Shown: positions 48,545-55,229 of the stretch, one piece after another
Layout of the letters: every line of letters starts with the position of its first letter
How positions within the stretch are numbered: the first letter of the stretch is position 1
Assembly: GCA_964619725.1 (NCBI GenBank)
Contig: CAZUFC010000051.1
Location: 1 to 55,229 of the forward strand
Reading direction: 5' to 3'
Length of the DNA: 55,229 nucleotides
Source of the DNA: an uncultured bacterium
GTDB lineage: Bacteria > CSSED10-310 > CAZUFC01
Made by a program: the position numbers and the translations under genes
Notes under the pieces: generated by a model
Told to the model about the DNA's origin: nothing
What the model saw: the letters and a program-made list of their open reading frames with translations, nothing else
Databases searched by the model: none

Positions 48545-49216
48545 TTAGTATTTTAACAGGTAATAAAAGAATTTCGCATACTCATTAAATATGGAGATCA
48601 GCCCCGCCTCGGTTTTCCACCAGTTTGAGCAGTTGAATCGCCACGAAGGAGAGGGAGCGGTCATGAGTTTTACGGCATCGCCTTCTAATATTTTCTGAAA
48701 TATCCAGGAGGCGCGGCGGGAGTGATAGAAGGAAGTCACGAGAATAACCTTATCGATTCGGTTTCCCAGGCAGTATTGTTTTAATTGAAGCGCCTCATCA
48801 TAGGTGGAAGTAACTCTGCCGTACGCCTGCGGAATGACTATGTCGTCGGCGGATACTCCCTGGGAAATCAAATAATCCTTCACGACCGATGCCTGTTCGG
48901 GTATTAATCCCTGCTTTTCAGCCGGAGACAATTCCTTCGCAAACAGAAGAATTTTCGGAGCAAAATTCATTAAGTATAACTCGACGGCCAAAGGAGGCCG
49001 CATGCTGATTTCTCCTGACAGCACAACGATCAGTCCGGCGGGTTCCAGGGTATCTGAAACCGTTAAAAACTGGGCTGTTCTCATCAGTAAATAATCTCGC
49101 TCGGACCATAACGCGCCGATGAAGAATCCCAGTATCAGCAGAAGCAACAACAACGCGCTCAAAGAACGTTTTATCCTGCGCCTTGCCGATTTCTTCGATT
49201 CACTTTTGTTCATCAA
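48545..49216 (-). CDS. YdcF/DUF218 (ElyC/SanA-like) protein
   Basis: N-terminal TM, VVLSG, STYDEA, LVTSFYHSRRA, EYAK. Confidence 0.88.
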   Translation of the reverse strand: MMNKSESKKSARRRIKRSLSALLLLLLILGFFIGALWSERDYLLMRTAQFLTVSDTLEPAGLIVVLSGEISMRPPLAVELYLMNFAPKILLFAKELSPAEKQGLIPEQASVVKDYLISQGVSADDIVIPQAYGRVTSTYDEALQLKQYCLGNRIDKVILVTSFYHSRRASWIFQKILEGDAVKLMTAPSPSWRFNCSNWWKTEAGLISIFNEYAKFFYYLLKY

Positions 49217-49284
49217 TGAATATGGCCGTCGAGTTTTTTGACAAATGTAAATTCAGACCTATGTCGAGTTAAACTTTTATCGGG

Positions 49285-49470
49285 TCAGCCGCTCGTGAAA
49301 AAATCAGGAACGCAAAGCAATAATGTGCCTATGACGGCTATGATAAGTCCTACGATTGCACTGAATGCTCCGATTATGTCATACGGCTTCTTCGCATCAA
49401 ACGCTGCTTTGAAACCGGGAATTAAAAACGCCAACCCGATGAAAATCGTTATGAAATGATAATAGTTCAT
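49285..49470 (-). CDS. Small two-TM membrane protein
   Basis: Two hydrophobic helices. GAGGAG RBS. Confidence 0.6.
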   Translation of the reverse strand: MNYYHFITIFIGLAFLIPGFKAAFDAKKPYDIIGAFSAIVGLIIAVIGTLLLCVPDFFTSG

Positions 49471-50178
49471 AAGGAGAACTCCTCTGGCAAATTAATGCGC
49501 CGTCGACCGGATTTCCGTCGTTAGCGCCGAAATTCAACGTCAAAAAACCAGGTGAATCCAGACCGACTTATTCACGGATAATATAAATAGCGCTGACTAA
49601 AAGAAAAAACAAGCCGCTTTTGAAATTGCTGTTCCCAGCAGGAAATTTCATTTTTTGAGATGCTCAAGCTGAATATTCAGGCTGAAAACAGAGTTATCTC
49701 TTTAATCATAAATGTTGATGGATCGTACGGTACACGGGTCGCCGGCTGCTCCGGCTTTAAAAAAAATAGGGGACCGTTTCTTTTCGAAAACGGCCCCTTT
49801 CCCACCTTAAAAGTACCAGGAAAGCCTCAGACATATCTGACGCTCTTCTCATATATATAGACGTTTTTTTTCGACAAAATGCCCACTTGAAATTCAATTT
49901 TTTTTTGCCGGACAGCGCTTTTTTTGCTATCCCTTTGGAAATAAAGTAAAAAAAAATTTTTATTTTTTCTGAAAATATTGGGAAATTTTGCATGATCAGT
50001 TAGGCGCTTTTATTCCCGAAGGTCCTGCAGTGACGGTTGTGCAAAAATGAGCATGAAAGAGGTCCATCCAGTCATCCCTCCAACCACCCTTTTTCAGTTT
50101 TCATCCAATTAAGAGGAAACGCCTACCTGGAAGAGCGCCTTTATTTGATCAGTCCCCTATATGTCAACTTTTGTCTGC

Positions 50179-50208
50179 TTGACAGTCATTTGGGAAATAT
50201 TTTATGAT
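50179..50208 (+). promoter_or_regulatory. Sigma70-type promoter upstream of gdhA
   Basis: TTGACA, 18 nt, TATGAT. Implies a leader of about 290 nt. Confidence 0.55.
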
Positions 50209-50376
50209 AGAGGTTGTCAGTTGCCAATCACCGCATTAGATTTCCAATTACTGCTCTTCAGGCGATCATCAGATTCCGGGGCTCTGCAGACGATAGACGT
50301 TCCGCGGCAAATGCGGGACGATACGTTTCATAATGAATGAGAGGGGCTTTGATTTCCGTTGTTTGAAATGAAATGA

Positions 50377-51873
<1,497 letters not shown>

Positions 51874-51890
51874 TAATATTGATATAATGG

Positions 51891-51925
51891 AAAGACGGGG
51901 CTGAGCCGATCAGTTCCGTCTTTTT
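51891..51925 (+). terminator. Intrinsic terminator after gdhA
   Basis: aaagacggggctga-gccga-tcagttccgtcttt followed by tt. Confidence 0.75.
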
Positions 51926-52068
51926 GTTGATTCACGCATTGAGACGAATCGGCGGACGATTGATCGGACCGCTCAATGGAAGAAGCTGACAACGCAAGCC
52001 GACTGTTCATGGAATTACTTGTCGAAAGTTTTCTCTGGAGTGAAATTGACGGCAATTTTTGAAAAATT

Positions 52069-55000
52069 ATGACCGCTATGAAAAGTAACGAGAAAAGAAA
52101 CTGCGAAAATAAAAAACTTCAGATCGATCAATCGCCTTACTTCGGAAAAAATTATCATGCCTTTCAATATCTGATGCCTTTTCGCGTCCGGGACATCCTT
52201 CTGGTTTCAAGCGTTTATGACTCGTTCATACTGGCTCAGGACGGACAATTGAACGAGTTGATACTGAGCGAGTTTCTCGAGCTTAATCTCTTCACTGTGC
52301 CTGCCATACACAGAGTGTCCAGCGGTTCGGCGGCTCTTTCCATGATTGAAAAGGAGAATCGTTACGATTTGATCATTACGACGACGCGGCTGCGCGACAT
52401 GAAATTCGTCGATTTTGTTCCTCGGGTCAGAGAGCTGTGTCCGAACCTTCCTATCGTGCTTCTTTCTTTTGACAATCGAGAATTGAATGACTTAATGAAG
52501 CGATACAGCATGAAAGACATCGAGCGGACTTTTCTGTGGCAGGGCGATATATCCATATTGCTGGCGATAGTCAAATCGATTGAGGATAAATGGAACCTGG
52601 AGCATGACACGACTATCGCCGGAGTGCATTGCGTCATAGTCATTGAAGACAATATACGGTTTTATTCTTCGTTTTTGCCCACGATATATTCAGAACTGAT
52701 GAAACACTCACATAACCTGATTTCCGAAGGAATAAACCTGTCGCACAAGATCATGCGCATGCGGGCCCGGCCGAAAATTATTCTGTGTTGCGATTTTGAG
52801 GAAGCAGAGAAGTATTTCAGTCAATACAAGGAAACTGTTCTCGGTATTGTTTCGGATGTGGAATTCCCCAAAGACGGTAAGCTTAACCCGCATGCCGGAA
52901 TGCTTTTCGCTGAACTGGTCCGCAAAACATATCCTGACGTTCCGATAATTCTTCAGTCCACGAATCCGGAAAACGCTTCTCTGGCCGAAAAAGTGGAGGC
53001 GAGTTTTCTGTTGAAGAACTCTCCGACGTTACTGCATCAGTTACGAGGTTTTATGATCGACAACTTCGGTTTCGGAGATTTCGTCTTCAGAACTCCCGAC
53101 GGCAGGGAAGTAGGTAGGGCGAAGGATTTGAAATCACTTGAAAGGCTGTTGCGCAGCGTGCCCGTAGAGAGCATCCGGTTCCATGCTGAACGAAATCATT
53201 ACTCGAAATGGCTGAAAGCGAGGACGGAGTTCCTGTTGGCTGAAAAACTTCGTCCGCAAAAAGTCTCTGACTTTGAAAGCATTGAGGATGTTCGCCGACA
53301 TGTTATTTCCGCATTGCACGACTTCAGAAGCGGTAGAAGCCGGGGCGTCATTCATGATTTTGACCGGTATTCCTTCGATCGATCCAATCCCTTTTCCCGT
53401 ATCGGCGGCGGCTCCCTAGGCGGAAAAGCTCGCGGACTCGCTTTTATCAGTTCCATGCTCAGTGTTCATGAATTCAAAAAAAAATATGATGACGTCAGCA
53501 TCCTTGTCCCGGAATCCGTCGTGCTCGGTACCGACATCTTCGACGGCTTTCTTGAAAAAAATGATTTGATGGAGTTCGCCATCAGGGAACAGGACGAAAA
53601 CAAAATAAACAGGAAGTTTCAGGAAACCGGGTTTGATAAGGAAGTTAAACGGGACCTGCTCGCCTTTCTGAAAAAAGTTAACTATCCGCTGGCCGTCCGC
53701 TCTTCCAGCCTCCTTGAAGATTCCCAATACCAGCCCTTTTCGGGAATATACCGGACCTTCATGCTGCCCAATAATCATCCGGATGTTAAAGTGAGGTTGA
53801 AACAACTGATCGCTGCCGTCAAGAGGGTTTATGCGTCGACTTTTTCTCACCTGGCCAAGGTTTATTTTAAGGCGACTCCTTACAGGCTGGAAGAAGAAAA
53901 AATGGCGGTCATTATTCAGAGACTCATAGGAAGCAAGCACGGAAAGCGTTTTTATCCGACTTTTTCAGGCGTAGCCCGTTCCTATAATTATTATCCTTCA
54001 CCGCCTATGAGCGTGGACGACGGAATAGCCGCCGTAGCTCTTGGTTTCGGACAAACGGTGGTGGAAGGAGGCAACGTATTCCGGTTCTGTCCGAAGTATC
54101 CCCATCATCCCATCCAGTATTCTTCCGTAAACGATCTTATCGATAATTCCCAAAAGTCATTCTATGCGCTCGATCTGCCGATCAATGATGCAAATGGGGA
54201 AGAGCAGGAAAAGGACCTGACTCGCTACAAAATTAATAAAGCTTATGAGGACGGCGTTCTGGCAGCGGTAGGTTCGGTATATTCGCCGCAAAATGATGCC
54301 GTGTATGACAGGCTGTCCCGCAAGGGAGTGCGCTTCGTCAGCTTCCGCCCGGTACTGAAACATAATTTGTTTCCTCTGGCCGAAAAGCTGGAAGAATTGC
54401 TGGAGCTGGTAAGCGACGGCGTCAGCGCGCCCGTTGAAATAGAATTTGCCGTCGATCTGTCGAAAGAGTCTCAAATGAAAGAGTTCGGCTTTCTGCAAAT
54501 GAGACCGCTCATTATTCATCGGGAACTAGAAGATTTGAAAATAGGCAGAGTCGACAGGGAGAGCCTGGTTTGCCGAAGTTCCCAGGTTTTGGGCAACGGA
54601 AAAATAGATGACATACGAGACGTCATTATCGTTGACAGGACGAAATTCGATAGAGCCAAATCAGTTGAAACGGCCAGAGAAGTGGATTATTTCAACGCAA
54701 AAATGATCAAAGAGAGAAAAACGTATATCCTGATAGGCGTGGGAAGATGGGGTTCGGCAGACCCCTGGCTGGGCATACCCGTCCAATGGGACAACATCTC
54801 CGGCGCCAGGGTCATAGTAGAAACAGGATTCAAAGACCTAAAAGTATCACCGTCGCAAGGCTCCCACTTCTTCCAGAACATTACCACTTTCAACATAGGA
54901 TTCTTCACCATCAAATCCTCCAACGAAGAAAACTATATCGACTGGCCATGGCTGCTGAAAAGAGAAGCCGCGGAAAAAAGAGACTATACAGCCCATCTGG

Positions 55001-55086
55001 TTTTCTCCGACCCGCTTATAGTGAAAATGAACGGATTTAAAAACTCAGGGGTAATTTTCAAGCCGGGACTTGAAAATTCGCTCTAA
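52069..55086 (+). CDS. Receiver-like domains fused to a PEP/pyruvate-binding (PPDK_N ATP-grasp) domain
   Basis: Two receiver-like N-terminal blocks, GGKARGLAF, LAVRSSSLLEDS, EEEKMAVIIQ, EIEFA, LQMRP, GRWGS, SQGSHFFQN. Confidence 0.85.
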   Translation: MTAMKSNEKRNCENKKLQIDQSPYFGKNYHAFQYLMPFRVRDILLVSSVYDSFILAQDGQLNELILSEFLELNLFTVPAIHRVSSGSAALSMIEKENRYDLIITTTRLRDMKFVDFVPRVRELCPNLPIVLLSFDNRELNDLMKRYSMKDIERTFLWQGDISILLAIVKSIEDKWNLEHDTTIAGVHCVIVIEDNIRFYSSFLPTIYSELMKHSHNLISEGINLSHKIMRMRARPKIILCCDFEEAEKYFSQYKETVLGIVSDVEFPKDGKLNPHAGMLFAELVRKTYPDVPIILQSTNPENASLAEKVEASFLLKNSPTLLHQLRGFMIDNFGFGDFVFRTPDGREVGRAKDLKSLERLLRSVPVESIRFHAERNHYSKWLKARTEFLLAEKLRPQKVSDFESIEDVRRHVISALHDFRSGRSRGVIHDFDRYSFDRSNPFSRIGGGSLGGKARGLAFISSMLSVHEFKKKYDDVSILVPESVVLGTDIFDGFLEKNDLMEFAIREQDENKINRKFQETGFDKEVKRDLLAFLKKVNYPLAVRSSSLLEDSQYQPFSGIYRTFMLPNNHPDVKVRLKQLIAAVKRVYASTFSHLAKVYFKATPYRLEEEKMAVIIQRLIGSKHGKRFYPTFSGVARSYNYYPSPPMSVDDGIAAVALGFGQTVVEGGNVFRFCPKYPHHPIQYSSVNDLIDNSQKSFYALDLPINDANGEEQEKDLTRYKINKAYEDGVLAAVGSVYSPQNDAVYDRLSRKGVRFVSFRPVLKHNLFPLAEKLEELLELVSDGVSAPVEIEFAVDLSKESQMKEFGFLQMRPLIIHRELEDLKIGRVDRESLVCRSSQVLGNGKIDDIRDVIIVDRTKFDRAKSVETAREVDYFNAKMIKERKTYILIGVGRWGSADPWLGIPVQWDNISGARVIVETGFKDLKVSPSQGSHFFQNITTFNIGFFTIKSSNEENYIDWPWLLKREAAEKRDYTAHLVFSDPLIVKMNGFKNSGVIFKPGLENSL

Positions 55087-55229
55087 TGCGATAAAGCAGT
55101 TTTAGATGCTGGTTTTGGTCAGATATCGGTATTCATAACTTTTTTCTTTTTACTTTCTTTATAAACTTCCGAACCTCACATCTCCTGACATTCGCTAATA
55201 AAAAATTGTGAAATGTTTGACAAAAAAAA

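Overview
A gene-dense 55 kb chromosomal segment from a diderm bacterium, judged from lpxH, ppiD and type II secretion/type IV pilus accessory genes. It is probably anaerobic (several radical SAM genes). Housekeeping and metabolic genes include a folM-like/folB/folK operon, ileS, thrS, gdhA, maf, a tRNA m6A37 methyltransferase, comF and tRNA-Arg(CCG). It also carries glycan-modification genes, four radical SAM enzymes, a secreted S8 protease with FG-GAP-like repeats, and three toxin-antitoxin-type pairs (two VapBC/PIN, one MNT-HEPN). Most notable: (1) a full-length archaeal-type ThrRS near an archaeal-like TrkA-N/DHH gene; (2) a type-2 IleRS with a swapped GVHH motif and a degenerate KMSKS (MFSKT); (3) small palindromic MITE-like repeats, two of which bracket a Phd-VapC module; (4) a long structured leader before gdhA; (5) local GC-skew flips at AT-rich intergenic regions. 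No CRISPR array, rRNA, transposase or integrase was seen. All protein calls come from motif recognition by eye, not database searches.
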